Origin: a bacterium
GTDB taxonomy: Bacteria; Hinthialibacterota; Hinthialibacteria; Hinthialibacterales; Hinthialibacteraceae
DNA: 64,000 nucleotides
Assembly (NCBI GenBank): GCA_041946805.1
Contig: JBHGBC010000006.1
Span: forward strand, 1-64,000
Reading direction: 5' to 3'
The translations under genes were made by a program, and so were the position numbers. Shown here one piece after another: positions 19,442-30,121 of the stretch (position 1 is the stretch's first letter; each line of letters opens with the position of its first letter). The notes beneath the pieces were generated by a model. That model saw only the letters and a program-made list of their open reading frames with translations, did not search any database and was not told where the DNA came from.

Positions 19442-20224
19442 GTGATCTATATCCTCCTGCCCGCTTACAATGAAGCCGAAAATATCCTGCCCCTGCTCAA
19501 CGGCCTCGCCCGCGAAGCCCAGGCATGGCGGGAGCGGGAACCGGCGGAGGCTCCGGATTCAGACGTGCACGCCGTGGTCATCGATGACGGCAGCACCGAC
19601 GCGACCGGTGAACTGGCCCGGCGGTTCACTGGACCGATCCAGTTGACCGTTCTCGAACATCCTGTCAACCAAGGATTGGCCGCCGCCTTGCGCACCGGCA
19701 TCGAGTTCGTATTACGTTCGGGACAATCCGGCGACTGGGTGGTAACCCTGGACGCCGACCAGACGCATCACCCCCGCTACGTGTTTCATCTCGTGGATCA
19801 ACTGCGGGCCGGCCATGATATCGTGGTGGCGTCCCGCTACGCGCCGGGGGGCCGGGAATACGGGGTGGCGCTCTGGCGCAAGCTGCTCAGCCACGGGGCG
19901 CGGTTCACCTACCGGATGTTCTTTCCCAACGTGCCCCTGCGGGATTTTTCGTGCGGCTACCGGGGTTTTTCATGGGATCTGCTGCGGAAAACCGTGGACC
20001 AATGGGGCGGCCGTCTCTTCGAAGCCCCCGGATTCGCCTGCACCGGCGAGCTGATGCTCAAAATGCTGTCGCACACTTCTCCAGCCCGGATTTCCGAAAT
20101 CCCCTTTGAATTGCATTACGAAGCCAAAGGAGGAAAAAGTAAAATGCCCGCCTTCCAGACGGTCCTCGGAACCCTGGAGTTGCTGATCCAAGCCCGCCGC
20201 TGGATGAAGCCGTTTCGGGATTGA
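19442..20224 (+). CDS. GT2 glycosyltransferase (polyprenol-phosphate glycosyltransferase-like)
   Basis: LLPAYNE, IDDGSTD, NQGLAAA, LDAD, ASRY, DFSCGYRG. Confidence 0.88.
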   Translation: MIYILLPAYNEAENILPLLNGLAREAQAWREREPAEAPDSDVHAVVIDDGSTDATGELARRFTGPIQLTVLEHPVNQGLAAALRTGIEFVLRSGQSGDWVVTLDADQTHHPRYVFHLVDQLRAGHDIVVASRYAPGGREYGVALWRKLLSHGARFTYRMFFPNVPLRDFSCGYRGFSWDLLRKTVDQWGGRLFEAPGFACTGELMLKMLSHTSPARISEIPFELHYEAKGGKSKMPAFQTVLGTLELLIQARRWMKPFRD

Positions 20225-20293
20225 TGCCGTAGGGCTATATTCGGTTCATCCGGCCCACAGCCTGTGAGCGTAGTTGAAATAAGGCGATTATTT

Positions 20294-20372
20294 GGTTCAT
20301 CCGATAAGTGCGTACCGGTTGAAATAAAATTGATTTCATTCGCCCCGGGATGAGGGCGGACTTCCAGGTCCG
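20294..20372 (+). repeat. Left 79-bp inverted repeat flanking the efflux operon
   Basis: 73/79 identical (hand count) to the reverse complement of 26028-26106; starts with the MITE terminus GGTTCATCCGATAAGTGCGTAC. Confidence 0.85.
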
Positions 20373-20803
20373 TACCTGCCTCAATTTCCTCACCCCGGCC
20401 TTCTCCCGGGGGGAGAAGGAATCATTTCGCGTTCCCATCGAAACTTGAACCACGAATAACGCACTGAGAAAGTACTGCATTCGGGTAAATAGTCACTATC
20501 CCCAAAGGGGATGCAGGTGAAAAGCCGCAGGCGGCGGCCTCCCGTTCCGCGCAAATCCAGACCAACCTGGAAGGAGTTGAAGTTTAACCTTTCGATCCCC
20601 GCGGGGTCAATTCCGCTGGGGACGCCCCCGGGGATTGTCGTCCCCGGCTATTCCCAATCAATCCCTTGGAAATTGGCTGCAGGCAAGATGCCTGCACCAC
20701 GACCTCCGGGATCCCCGTTTTTGCGGGGATGACATCTCCGTGACAAACCGTGTGAAGGATGGCGCGGAGTGAGGTGGATACTGCAGATCCTGGGAAAACC
20801 GGC

Positions 20804-20849
20804 TTGACAAACGGGTGTTTCAAAGATAAGTTTCAAATGGAGGTTTGAA
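20804..20849 (+). promoter_or_regulatory. Promoter and probable TetR operator
   Basis: TTGACA-17 nt-TAAGTT; palindrome TTCAAA-tggagg-TTTGAA covers the RBS; related AAAC-N4-GTT boxes on either side. Confidence 0.65.
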
Positions 20850-20851
20850 TC

Positions 20852-21577
20852 ATGGATTTAAAACAACCGTTAGAAATCCGGAACCCCCGGAGGCGCCTGT
20901 TGGATGCGGCGGGAGAGGTCTTCGCGGCGCGGGGCTACCACGACGCCACCACCCAGGAGATCTGCCAGAAAGCCCGCATCAACGGGGCGGCCGTCAATTA
21001 TCACTTCGGCGGCAAGGAACGGCTCTACCTGGCCGTGCTGCGGGAAGCCTTCGAACGCAACCACGAACAGCCTCCCTGGATCGAGATCCACAACCGCGCC
21101 CGGCCTCCCGAGGAACGGCTGCGGTTGTTCATCCACGCCTTGTTCTTCGAATTGCTGACGCGGGACCGCCCCGCCTGGCACGGCCGGCTCATCGCCCGCG
21201 AGATGGTCCGCCCCAGCGAGGCCCTGCCGGAGGTGGTGGACCAATCGATCCGGCCCATTTTTGTCAGCCTCTGCGACGTGATCCGGCAGCTGGTTCCCGG
21301 ACTGAGCGGGGACCAGGTGAAGATGGCGGCGGTCAACACGGCTGGAATGCTCTTCCATTACTATCATTGCCGGCCCATGATCGCGGCGCTCTGGCCCGCG
21401 CTCGAGTATTCGGCCGAATCACTGGACCGGATCGCCGATTTCGCGTTCCTGTATACACGGTCCGCGCTTCGGGGCCTGGCCACCCTTCCCCCGTGTCCAC
21501 CAGCCCGGCGGGCGGGTAAAAAGAGTCCTGGGATTCAAAAGACTCCCGCCGCCCGGCATAGGCCAAAGATCCGTTGA
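20852..21577 (+). CDS. TetR-family regulator (CecR/YbiH-like)
   Basis: RRRLLDAAGEVFAARGY..TQEICQKA..AVNYHFGGKERLY HTH; AREM..PS C-terminal pattern. Confidence 0.9.
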   Translation: MDLKQPLEIRNPRRRLLDAAGEVFAARGYHDATTQEICQKARINGAAVNYHFGGKERLYLAVLREAFERNHEQPPWIEIHNRARPPEERLRLFIHALFFELLTRDRPAWHGRLIAREMVRPSEALPEVVDQSIRPIFVSLCDVIRQLVPGLSGDQVKMAAVNTAGMLFHYYHCRPMIAALWPALEYSAESLDRIADFAFLYTRSALRGLATLPPCPPARRAGKKSPGIQKTPAARHRPKIR

Positions 21578-21606
21578 TTCCGCGATGCTTTCGAGGTGTA
21601 CGAGCG

Positions 21607-22866
21607 ATGATCCAAACCCTTCGCGAACGAATTCGTCTTCTGGTCCTCTTGGCTGTTCTGGGGGCGGGAGGCCTGGCTTGGGGCGGCCATCTCTATTTCC
21701 ATAACTTGTTGTACGAATCCACCGACAACGCCTTCATCGAGGGGGATGTGATCGCTGTCGCCCCCAAGGTGGCGGGGCACATCACTGCCCTGCACGTGAC
21801 CGACAACCAGATCGTTCCGGAAGGCGGCCTGCTCTGCGAAATCGATCCGCGCGACTACCAGATGCGGGTGGAAGAAGCGCGGGCCGGCCTGAGCGGCGCC
21901 CAGGCCCAATGGCGGACGGCGGAGGCCAACCTGCAGGTGGTCCGCACCCAGGCGGCCGCGGATGTGGCGGAAGCCAGCTCGGCCGTGCGGACCGCGCGGG
22001 CGCGGATGGATATCACGCGGGACAAGGTCAATCAAGCCCAGGCGGCGGCGGCCGCGGCCCGGGCGGCGCTGGACAACGCGCGCGCCCTGGTGAAGGCGGC
22101 GGAGGCGGAACAGCAACGCGCCGCCGCGGATCTGGCCCGGTTTCAGAAACTCGATCCCCGGGCGCTTTCCCGGCAGGAGTATGACCTGGCGTCGTCGGCG
22201 GCCGTGTCGTCCGACGCCCAGTTGGAAGCCGCGCGCAAGCGGGTCACGGCCGAGGAAGCCGCCCTGGAAGAAGCGAGGGCGGCCTATCAACTCAGCCTGT
22301 CCAGCGTGAAGGAAGCCGAATCCCAGGTCGCCGAGAGCCTCGCCCGGTACGATGCCGCGTTGTCTGCGCCCGGACGGATCGCCGCCGCCGAAGCGGAAGT
22401 GGAGCAATGGAAGGCGGAAACCGTCCGGCGGCAAACCGCGCTGGCTGAAGCGGAATTGAACCTGTCCTACACCCGGATCACCGCCCCGCGGACGGGACGA
22501 GTCACCCGCCGCTCCATCGAGCGCGGCGCGTATGTCGTTCCCGGACAGGCCATGCTCGCCCTGGTTCCCCAGGACCTCTGGGTGGTCGCCAATTTCAAGG
22601 AAACCCAACTCACCGACATGAAACCCGGCCAGGACGTTACTATCCGGGTGGACACCTATCCGGATCATCTGCTCCGGGGCAAGGTGGACAGCCTGCAGGC
22701 GGGCACGGGCGCGCGGTTCAGCCTTCTGCCGCCCGAAAACGCCATCGGCAATTACGTGAAAGTGGTGCAGCGGGTGCCCGTCAAAATCGTGTTCACCGAA
22801 CCGTTGGATCCCGCCCTGCATCTGGGCCCCGGCATGTCGGTAGTCCCTCATGTCCGCGTGCGCTGA
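21607..22866 (+). CDS. EmrA/HlyD-family membrane fusion protein
   Basis: STDNAFI, IDPRDY, WVVANFKETQL, FSLLPPENAIGNYVKVVQRVPVKI. Confidence 0.93.
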   Translation: MIQTLRERIRLLVLLAVLGAGGLAWGGHLYFHNLLYESTDNAFIEGDVIAVAPKVAGHITALHVTDNQIVPEGGLLCEIDPRDYQMRVEEARAGLSGAQAQWRTAEANLQVVRTQAAADVAEASSAVRTARARMDITRDKVNQAQAAAAAARAALDNARALVKAAEAEQQRAAADLARFQKLDPRALSRQEYDLASSAAVSSDAQLEAARKRVTAEEAALEEARAAYQLSLSSVKEAESQVAESLARYDAALSAPGRIAAAEAEVEQWKAETVRRQTALAEAELNLSYTRITAPRTGRVTRRSIERGAYVVPGQAMLALVPQDLWVVANFKETQLTDMKPGQDVTIRVDTYPDHLLRGKVDSLQAGTGARFSLLPPENAIGNYVKVVQRVPVKIVFTEPLDPALHLGPGMSVVPHVRVR

Positions 22867-22893
22867 ACACCGCGAAGCCAAGGATCTCCCCGT

Positions 22894-24477
22894 ATGAGCG
22901 CGGACGCCTCACTCTTGCACCCGGCGATGGAATGGAAACCGAAACACAGCCCGTGGATCATCGCCGTTTCGGTGATTCTGCCCACCTGCCTGGAAGTCTT
23001 GGACACGACCATCACCTCCGTGGCCCTCAACCACATCGCCGGCAACCTTGCGGCGACGTACGACGAAGCCACCTGGGTGCTGACCAGCTACCTGATTTCC
23101 AACGCCATCGTGCTGCCGGCCAGCGGCTGGTTGTCGCGGTACCTGGGACGGAAACCTTTCTTCATGACCTGCATCGGCCTGTTCACCTTCGCTTCCTTCT
23201 TGTGCGGGGCGGCCCGTTCCATTCAGTTCCTGATCTGGATGCGGGTGTTCCAGGGCGTGGGCGGAGGAGCTTTGCAGCCGATGTCGCATTCCATCCTTAT
23301 GGAAAGTTTTCCGCCGCACCAGCGGGGCAGCGCCATGGCGGTGTTCGGTCTGGGCGTGGTGTTCGCCCCCACCATCGGTCCCACGCTGGGCGGCTGGATC
23401 ACCGATAACTTTTCGTGGCCCTGGATTTTCTACATCAACCTGCCCGTGGGCGCGCTGGCTTTGTTCATGATCCACCGCTTTGTGGAAGACCCCCCTTACC
23501 TCCGGGCGGCGAAACCAGGCCGGATCGACGCCATTGGATTCGCGCTGCTGGCCGTCTGGCTGGGCACTCTGCAAATCATTTTCGACAAGGGGCAAATTGA
23601 GGACTGGTTCGAGTCGGATTTCATCGTCCGCCTGTCGGTCATCTCCGGCATCGCCTTCGTGCTGTTTCTCTGGCGGGAATTGAGCACGCCCGAACCGATC
23701 GTGGATCTGCGGATCCTGAAAAACCTGAATTTCACTCTCTGCTGCTTGCTGGTGGGCACGGTGGGAATCTCGATTTACGGCACGATCACGGCGCAGCCCA
23801 TGTTTTTGCAAACCCTGCTGGGTTACAACGCCTACAACACGGGGATCGCCATGAGTACGCGCGGCATCGCCTCGATGGTGGGCATGCCCCTCTGCGCGAT
23901 CCTGATCCGCAAGTTCGACACCCGGCTGCTGATCGCCTTCGGGTTCATGATGTTCAGCTTGTCCAGCCATGTATATCACAAAACGGTCACCCTGGATGTG
24001 GGCATGTGGAACATTTTCCTCCCCAACATCGTGCAAGGATTCGGCACCAGTTTCATGTTCGTGCCCATCACCACCACGGCCATGAGCCAGTTGCGGCAGA
24101 ACCAACTGGGCAACGCGGCGGGTATTTACAACCTCAGCCGGAACCTCGGCGGCAGCCTCGGCGTCGCCCTGCTGACCACCTTCATCGCCCGCAACGCGCA
24201 AATCCACCAAGTGCAACTGGCCGCTCATCTCACCCCCTACGACATGTCCTGCCGGATCTGGCTCGACCATGCCCAGCACAATCTCTCGCGCTTTCTGGGC
24301 GAAAGCAACAGCGGTCCGGCGGCCCTGAAAGCCCTTTACGGCGTTCTGGTGCAACAATCCTACCTAAGCGCGTTCAGCCAGGCCTTTCACCTGCTGTCGC
24401 TCTTGAGCTTTTCGCTTCTGTTCCTGATTCCCATTCTCCGCCGGACCCGGCCCGGCGGAGCGCCTGGTTCCCATTGA
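22894..24477 (+). CDS. DHA2/EmrB-family MFS efflux permease
   Basis: EVLDTTI, TWVLTSYL, RVFQGVGGG, PTIGPTLGGW, WIFYINLPVG; many TM segments. Confidence 0.93.
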   Translation: MSADASLLHPAMEWKPKHSPWIIAVSVILPTCLEVLDTTITSVALNHIAGNLAATYDEATWVLTSYLISNAIVLPASGWLSRYLGRKPFFMTCIGLFTFASFLCGAARSIQFLIWMRVFQGVGGGALQPMSHSILMESFPPHQRGSAMAVFGLGVVFAPTIGPTLGGWITDNFSWPWIFYINLPVGALALFMIHRFVEDPPYLRAAKPGRIDAIGFALLAVWLGTLQIIFDKGQIEDWFESDFIVRLSVISGIAFVLFLWRELSTPEPIVDLRILKNLNFTLCCLLVGTVGISIYGTITAQPMFLQTLLGYNAYNTGIAMSTRGIASMVGMPLCAILIRKFDTRLLIAFGFMMFSLSSHVYHKTVTLDVGMWNIFLPNIVQGFGTSFMFVPITTTAMSQLRQNQLGNAAGIYNLSRNLGGSLGVALLTTFIARNAQIHQVQLAAHLTPYDMSCRIWLDHAQHNLSRFLGESNSGPAALKALYGVLVQQSYLSAFSQAFHLLSLLSFSLLFLIPILRRTRPGGAPGSH

Positions 24478-24502
24478 CGAGGCCCGCGCCACGAGGATAT
24501 CC

Positions 24503-26005
24503 ATGGTCCATCTTCGTTACATCCATTCAACCAACCGGCGCCTGATTCTTCCGGCTCTCCTCTTCCTGGCGTTTGGCGCCGGCTGTGCTGGAATTCCTGG
24601 GCACCCGCGGCCCACGATCCAACCTCCGGCCTTCTGGAACTCGCTTTCAGACAATTCCGCGGCTCCCTCCCATGTGATCGCGGCCGCCTCGGCTGATCTG
24701 TCGGCGTGGTGGGAAGGTTTCAACGATCCCTGCCTCAACGAACTCGTGCGCGGCGCGATTCAGGCGAATTTCGACCTCCGGACCGCGGCGGCGCGGTTGG
24801 GGGAAGCCCGGGCGGCGCGCGCCGCCGTGGCTTCGGAACGGTATCCCCGGGCCGAGGCCCGCGGGCAGTTCCAACGCTCCGAAACCAGCGATTATTATTT
24901 CGGTCCCGGCCTGCCGGGAGACATCACCAACTTGTATGACGGGGGATTCGACGCGCTGTGGGAGTTGGACTTCTGGGGGCGGATAGCCAAACAAACGGCA
25001 GCGGCGGATGCCGGCATCGCGAGCGCGGTGGAAAATCAACGCGATGTACTGGTCCGGGTGCTCGCCGAAACCGCCCGGGCCTATGTGGAACTGCGGGGCT
25101 CCCAGCGGCGGCAGGAGATCGCCCGCGCCAACATCCAGGTCCAGCAGGCCATCGTGGACCTGACGCGGCAACGGTATGAGGCCCAGATTACGGACCAATT
25201 GGATGTCGAGCGGGCGGAAGCGCAACTGGCGGCCATTCAGGCCAACCTGCCCCAGCTGGAGCAGCTCGAGAAACAATCCCTCCACCAACTCGCGTTTTTG
25301 TTGGGCCTGAGCGGCAGCGCTCCGCTGATCCCAATTCTGGATAAACGGCCCATCCCCCCCCTTCCTCCGCGGATCCCGGTGGGATTGCCGTCGGAGATTC
25401 TGCGCCGGCGTCCGGATATCCGGCGCGCCGAGCGGGACCTGGCGGCAGCCGCGGCGCGCGTGGAGGTCGCGGTGGCTGATTGGTTCCCCCACTTTTCACT
25501 GACGGGATCTCTGGGCTTCAAGAGCACGGAGCCGGGAGATTGGGGCGAATTGGCCGGGCGTTTCTGGTCTCTCGGCCCGCAATTCAGCTGGCCGGTGCTC
25601 GATTTCGGCCGGATCCGGGGCAATATCCACGTCCAGTCGGCGCGGGAAGCGCAGGCCCTGATCGCGTACGAAAAGACCGTCGCGGCCGCCTTCCGGGAGG
25701 TGGAGGATGCGTTGACCGCCTACGGCCAGGAGCAACTGCGGAATCAATCGCTCGCCCAGTCCGTCGCGTCGAGCCGGACGGCGGCTGGTCTCGCGCGGGA
25801 ACGGTACGAAGCGGGAATCACCGGCTTCTTGGCGGTGTTGGACGCGGAACGGTCGTTGTACGCCGCCGCGGATGCGCTCGCGCGCAGCGATGAACAAATG
25901 GCCTTGAACTTGATCGCGTTGTACAAAGCCCTGGGGGGAGGATGGAATCCCGGGATGTTCATCGCTGTGGATCCAGCGAAGGAAATGCAAAAATCCAGGG
26001 AATGA
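24503..26005 (+). CDS. Outer-membrane efflux lipoprotein (NodT/OprM family)
   Basis: Lipobox-like AGC, WW..FNDP.L, WELDFWG, LPSEILRRRPDIRRAE, LYKALGGGW. Confidence 0.93.
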   Translation: MVHLRYIHSTNRRLILPALLFLAFGAGCAGIPGHPRPTIQPPAFWNSLSDNSAAPSHVIAAASADLSAWWEGFNDPCLNELVRGAIQANFDLRTAAARLGEARAARAAVASERYPRAEARGQFQRSETSDYYFGPGLPGDITNLYDGGFDALWELDFWGRIAKQTAAADAGIASAVENQRDVLVRVLAETARAYVELRGSQRRQEIARANIQVQQAIVDLTRQRYEAQITDQLDVERAEAQLAAIQANLPQLEQLEKQSLHQLAFLLGLSGSAPLIPILDKRPIPPLPPRIPVGLPSEILRRRPDIRRAERDLAAAAARVEVAVADWFPHFSLTGSLGFKSTEPGDWGELAGRFWSLGPQFSWPVLDFGRIRGNIHVQSAREAQALIAYEKTVAAAFREVEDALTAYGQEQLRNQSLAQSVASSRTAAGLARERYEAGITGFLAVLDAERSLYAAADALARSDEQMALNLIALYKALGGGWNPGMFIAVDPAKEMQKSRE

Positions 26006-26027
26006 ACGGCAGGGAATTTTATAGGGG

Positions 26028-26106
26028 CGGACCTGGAAGTCCGCCCTCATCCCGGGGCGAATGGAATCAATTTTACAACATCAGGTACGCACTTATCGGA
26101 TGAACC
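26028..26106 (-). repeat. Right 79-bp inverted repeat flanking the efflux operon
   Basis: Reverse complement of 20294-20372 with 6 mismatches. Confidence 0.85.
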
Positions 26107-26207
26107 AAAAAAGATCATTTTATTCAAGAAGTCCAGAATATAAAACTAGACGTGTGGGATTATGATTATGAGCGGATTGGAAAAATGTGCCTTGCGGGAA
26201 GACACGC

Positions 26208-27569
26208 TCACTTCTCCGGCACGGGTTTCAGGCGGCCCATCATGCGGTGGAGGCCGATGATCGCCTGGTTCACCAACAACTCCCCCGCGCCCACCTCCAC
26301 ATAGGTGCTGTAACCCGCTCCATACCCGCCTTCCGCCGCGGCCTGGATGGTGGGGAAATACCCGAAGACATCGTTGCAATATCCGAGGAAAAACGTATTC
26401 GGAACCGGCGACCGCTCGCGCAGATCGGCCTGGAACTCGTCGAAAAATTCCCCGGGAAATCCCACCCAGGCGATCTCCTTGCCGAGAATCACGATGGGCA
26501 GTTCCGCGCGAATCTCGGACGGGCGGTCCTTCCGGATTTCCTCGAAGCGTTCTTTTCCGTATTGTTGGATATAGAACTCCTTCACCTTCTCGTCGTTCAG
26601 GTCAAAGCGGTATTTCAGTGGAATGGTTTCCGTCGACAGATTCAATGCCGGCATGGCGCTGCCGATGGGATTGGTCACCCCGGCGATGCGGACCACCTCT
26701 TCGCCCAGGATCTGACCTTCCTGGATCAGCTGCGCGTAGCCCTCATCCGTGGCCGGGGTATTGGCCAGGTAGGGATTGGCGACTCCGCAGGCGCCCTGCA
26801 GAAAGAGACATTCACCGCCCAACTGCTTCTCGACGAACCGGCGCATCGCCCCGGGCCATTCCGCCGTGTATTTCAGATTGTCCGAACCGAAAATGACGGG
26901 ATGGCAGGCGAAATGCACCAGCGTGGCCAGCCATTGCCCGTTCTTTTTCTTGAATCCCACCACGCCCACGGTCTGGTCCACCGGATCGCCCGGTGTCCGT
27001 TCCGCGTTGCGCCACAACATGGTCACCGTCCCGTCGGGATTCAGGACCCGGCGGTCATAGGTCAAATCCGCCGTGCCGTAACCCACCTCCACCGTGACCG
27101 AGGCTTTAGCCGCCACGGCCTTGTCGATGGCCTGCACGATTTTTTCCTCTAGGCTGGGAAGCCAGGGATTATCCGGTGTAGGATACTCCGGTTTGAGAAC
27201 GGGACCAGCATGGGTATGCGTCGCGAGCAGCAAGAGCAAGGAAATATTGTGTTTTTTCTTGACCTGCTCCTGTATCCGTTCCCGCATATCCTTCTTGGGA
27301 GGGCCAATCAGGTCCAAGACCACGAGGGCCGCCCGCCGGGAACCATCGTCCAACACCAGCGCCTTGGCGAACAACGGATCCCACACGCCTTGCGACGGTT
27401 CCTTGCGGGCTTCGTAACCGGGCATGGGGATGCCCGTGGGCGGAGTGATATCCACAGAGGCGACGCCCACGTCCAGAGCCATGGCCCGGGGGATGGTCCC
27501 GATCCCTGAAACGATGATGAGCATCATCCATGCGAACCGGCGGATGAGATTGGATAAGACCGTATCCAT
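26208..27569 (-). CDS. Neutral/alkaline ceramidase-like secreted hydrolase
   Basis: VDITPP, DPLFAKALV, ATHTHAGP, FACHP, FLQGACG, PGEFF, GYFPT. Confidence 0.8.
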   Translation of the reverse strand: MDTVLSNLIRRFAWMMLIIVSGIGTIPRAMALDVGVASVDITPPTGIPMPGYEARKEPSQGVWDPLFAKALVLDDGSRRAALVVLDLIGPPKKDMRERIQEQVKKKHNISLLLLLATHTHAGPVLKPEYPTPDNPWLPSLEEKIVQAIDKAVAAKASVTVEVGYGTADLTYDRRVLNPDGTVTMLWRNAERTPGDPVDQTVGVVGFKKKNGQWLATLVHFACHPVIFGSDNLKYTAEWPGAMRRFVEKQLGGECLFLQGACGVANPYLANTPATDEGYAQLIQEGQILGEEVVRIAGVTNPIGSAMPALNLSTETIPLKYRFDLNDEKVKEFYIQQYGKERFEEIRKDRPSEIRAELPIVILGKEIAWVGFPGEFFDEFQADLRERSPVPNTFFLGYCNDVFGYFPTIQAAAEGGYGAGYSTYVEVGAGELLVNQAIIGLHRMMGRLKPVPEK

Positions 27570-27598
27570 TTTGATTCTCCATGATTCAATCTACGAAT

Positions 27599-30121
27599 CT
27601 ACATCGGTTTCCTCGTCAGGTACGTGACCGTGTATCCGTAAGCAAAACTTTCTCCCGGATTTAATTCAACCTCATGGGTGAACAGATCCAGCGCGGCCAT
27701 GGGGTACTGGGCGCTCCATTCGAATCCCGCCCGTTCCATGACCGCGGGATCGTAACTCAGCATGACTCCGTAACGGTCCAGGTGATTGAAAAAGGCATAG
27801 CCTCCGCCCTTGGCGGTCTTGAGGATCTCCAGGTTCCGTTTTTCCGGCGTCGTCCAATCTTGGTTGAATTTCACCCACGCCTGATCCTTGATGTAAGCGC
27901 TGATCACGGTGTCATCCTGCGTGACCTTTCCCGTGTATAATTCGGGATGAATCCGGAACTGGTACACTTTCGCCCCGCCGCCTTTGTGCGTGATCCGGGT
28001 TTCGAAACGGACCGCGTCCGGTTGATCGTCCGCCAGCCGGATGGTCCGCTCGAGAATGGATCCGTCGGCGAGGGTTTTGGTGAGATGAACCGTGGAGCCG
28101 GTGGCCTCCAGGGTGAACGCGGCTGGATCACCGGCGTTGGTTCCCTGGACCGCCAATTCCTGGAGCGTCAGGTAATCGAAGGCGTTCCGCAGGCTGCGGT
28201 ATCCGGCGGGCATGAGTAAATCCCGCGCGTTGGGCTTGTGGCGCAATTCGATGACCTTCCCATTCTCTTCAGGCAAGACCGTCAAGCTCCAGGACGCGTT
28301 TTCGAGTTTCCGCGCGGGGAATCCCTGAATGGTGGCGCGGTCAAGAAGGTTGTAGTAGTGATCGATCGTCTCCCATTCCTCCGCCCGGGTTTCGTTGTGT
28401 TTCTGAGTCAGTTCCTTATAGCGTCCCACCACGTCGCCATACCGTTCAGGAAACCGCACCCGAAGGATGCCGTTTTGCACATCGTACACGCCGGCGGTTT
28501 CCAGCACCGCCCGCAGCGGGGCGATCGAGGCCTTTTCCACCCGGTTGCGGACCGCCTCATTCTCCGCCTTGGCCAACGCTTTTTGGAACAGGCCATAAAT
28601 CTTCTTGGCGGATTTCGGTGTCATGCCCACTTCGAAGGGCTGGGGGAAGCATGTGGGATCGAATCCTGATTTTTCCGCGTTGTCATGCACGTAGGTCAAA
28701 TACTGGATCATGGTCTTGGCCGATTTTCCGTAATGCAGCCGGCAAAACTCCTTCGCCAGGTCCCAACTGTCCAACTCGGGATTCCAAATGCAACGGGCCA
28801 TCACGTAATTGCGCAGATCGCACAGCTCGCCCGTGTTGCCGTTGCCGTTGGCCTGCATGAAGAGGCCCTTGGCGTGGTTCTTCAGAAAATACTGCACGTT
28901 TGGGCTGATGACGCGCAGGTTGGGGAAGGGAAGATCGTAATACCGGAAATTGGTGTTGTAGTTCCAGACCCAGATATGATCGCAGATCTTGCCCCATTCC
29001 TCCATGTCCCGGCAAAATTCCCGGTTCTTGGCGCAGGAGGGATCGTCGATCGGATGCAGCGTGCAGCACTCGATGCTGCAGAGCTGAATCTGCACGTTGG
29101 GGCGCGGCTGGATCGTCTTGGGCGGCTTGCGCGTGTACCAATAGGCCAGCGTGCCGACCATGACGCCGGGATGCGCCTTCTCCACCCGTTCCGCCACCGC
29201 GTTGACGAAGGCCAAGTGCGAGCCCATCGGCGTGCCCTCTCGCTGGTTGATGGCTTCGCACTTCTCGCAGCGGCAATAAGCGTCGTTGTCGTTCTGGCTC
29301 ACGCTGACGTTTTGCATGCCGGGATGCTTGTCCAGGCCGGCGATCACGTTTTGCGCGACGATTTCGATCACCTCGGGATTGGACACGCACGGCTCCGGCC
29401 CCCCGCCCCACATCTCCAGTTTCCGTACCCCATCCACCCGCGCGAAATATTCGGGATGCTCCTTCCCGTACTTCTCCGCGGGCAAATAAGAGTGAAGCGA
29501 GTGGCTGATCAGGCTTTGCCGGCACACGCCCCCGAGTTTCTCGTCATTCGTCGTCGTGTTGACCCGCAGCCGCGCCGCGAATTCGGGGTAATCGGCGTTT
29601 TCCTTGTAATAACTCCACCGGAACGCGAAGGGCGGGACATAGGTGAAATCCCCGGCGGGAATTTTCCAGTTTTTCTTATCCGGGATGTACGTGTGATCGT
29701 GCGTCAAAAAGCGGACACCGGCATACCGTTCCATGAATTCGTACACGCCGTACAACGTGCCCCGCGGGCGGCCTCCCGCGATGGCGAGGTTCTCCGGCGT
29801 GACGCGGATCCGCAACCCCTCCTCGCCCAGGTCCTCGACGCCGAATCCCACCGGGCTGGCTTGCATCTCCGCTCCCGCGCCGATGAAGATGTTTTTGGAT
29901 GGCTGGGCCTTCGCGGCGACCGGCAACTCGATCCCCGCCGCCTGCTGGAACAAGGCCTGAAATTCCTCCGCCGCGTACTTCTCACTGGGAATCGCGTTGT
30001 CCGCCGGGACGATCACCCAATCCCGCATCGCTTGGGGATTCAACGGTTCCTGGGCGGCAAGCGCCGGGATCATCCCGCCCGCCACGACCAGCACACTAGT
30101 CAGAACGGCTGGAATACGCAT
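27599..30121 (-). CDS. DUF4838-type secreted protein (GH67/GH20-like N-terminal domain)
   Basis: Signal peptide; GGRPRGTLYGVYEFME, HPEYFA, PCVSNPEV, SQND..YCRCEKC, TLAY..T.KPP. Confidence 0.75.
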   Translation of the reverse strand: MRIPAVLTSVLVVAGGMIPALAAQEPLNPQAMRDWVIVPADNAIPSEKYAAEEFQALFQQAAGIELPVAAKAQPSKNIFIGAGAEMQASPVGFGVEDLGEEGLRIRVTPENLAIAGGRPRGTLYGVYEFMERYAGVRFLTHDHTYIPDKKNWKIPAGDFTYVPPFAFRWSYYKENADYPEFAARLRVNTTTNDEKLGGVCRQSLISHSLHSYLPAEKYGKEHPEYFARVDGVRKLEMWGGGPEPCVSNPEVIEIVAQNVIAGLDKHPGMQNVSVSQNDNDAYCRCEKCEAINQREGTPMGSHLAFVNAVAERVEKAHPGVMVGTLAYWYTRKPPKTIQPRPNVQIQLCSIECCTLHPIDDPSCAKNREFCRDMEEWGKICDHIWVWNYNTNFRYYDLPFPNLRVISPNVQYFLKNHAKGLFMQANGNGNTGELCDLRNYVMARCIWNPELDSWDLAKEFCRLHYGKSAKTMIQYLTYVHDNAEKSGFDPTCFPQPFEVGMTPKSAKKIYGLFQKALAKAENEAVRNRVEKASIAPLRAVLETAGVYDVQNGILRVRFPERYGDVVGRYKELTQKHNETRAEEWETIDHYYNLLDRATIQGFPARKLENASWSLTVLPEENGKVIELRHKPNARDLLMPAGYRSLRNAFDYLTLQELAVQGTNAGDPAAFTLEATGSTVHLTKTLADGSILERTIRLADDQPDAVRFETRITHKGGGAKVYQFRIHPELYTGKVTQDDTVISAYIKDQAWVKFNQDWTTPEKRNLEILKTAKGGGYAFFNHLDRYGVMLSYDPAVMERAGFEWSAQYPMAALDLFTHEVELNPGESFAYGYTVTYLTRKPM

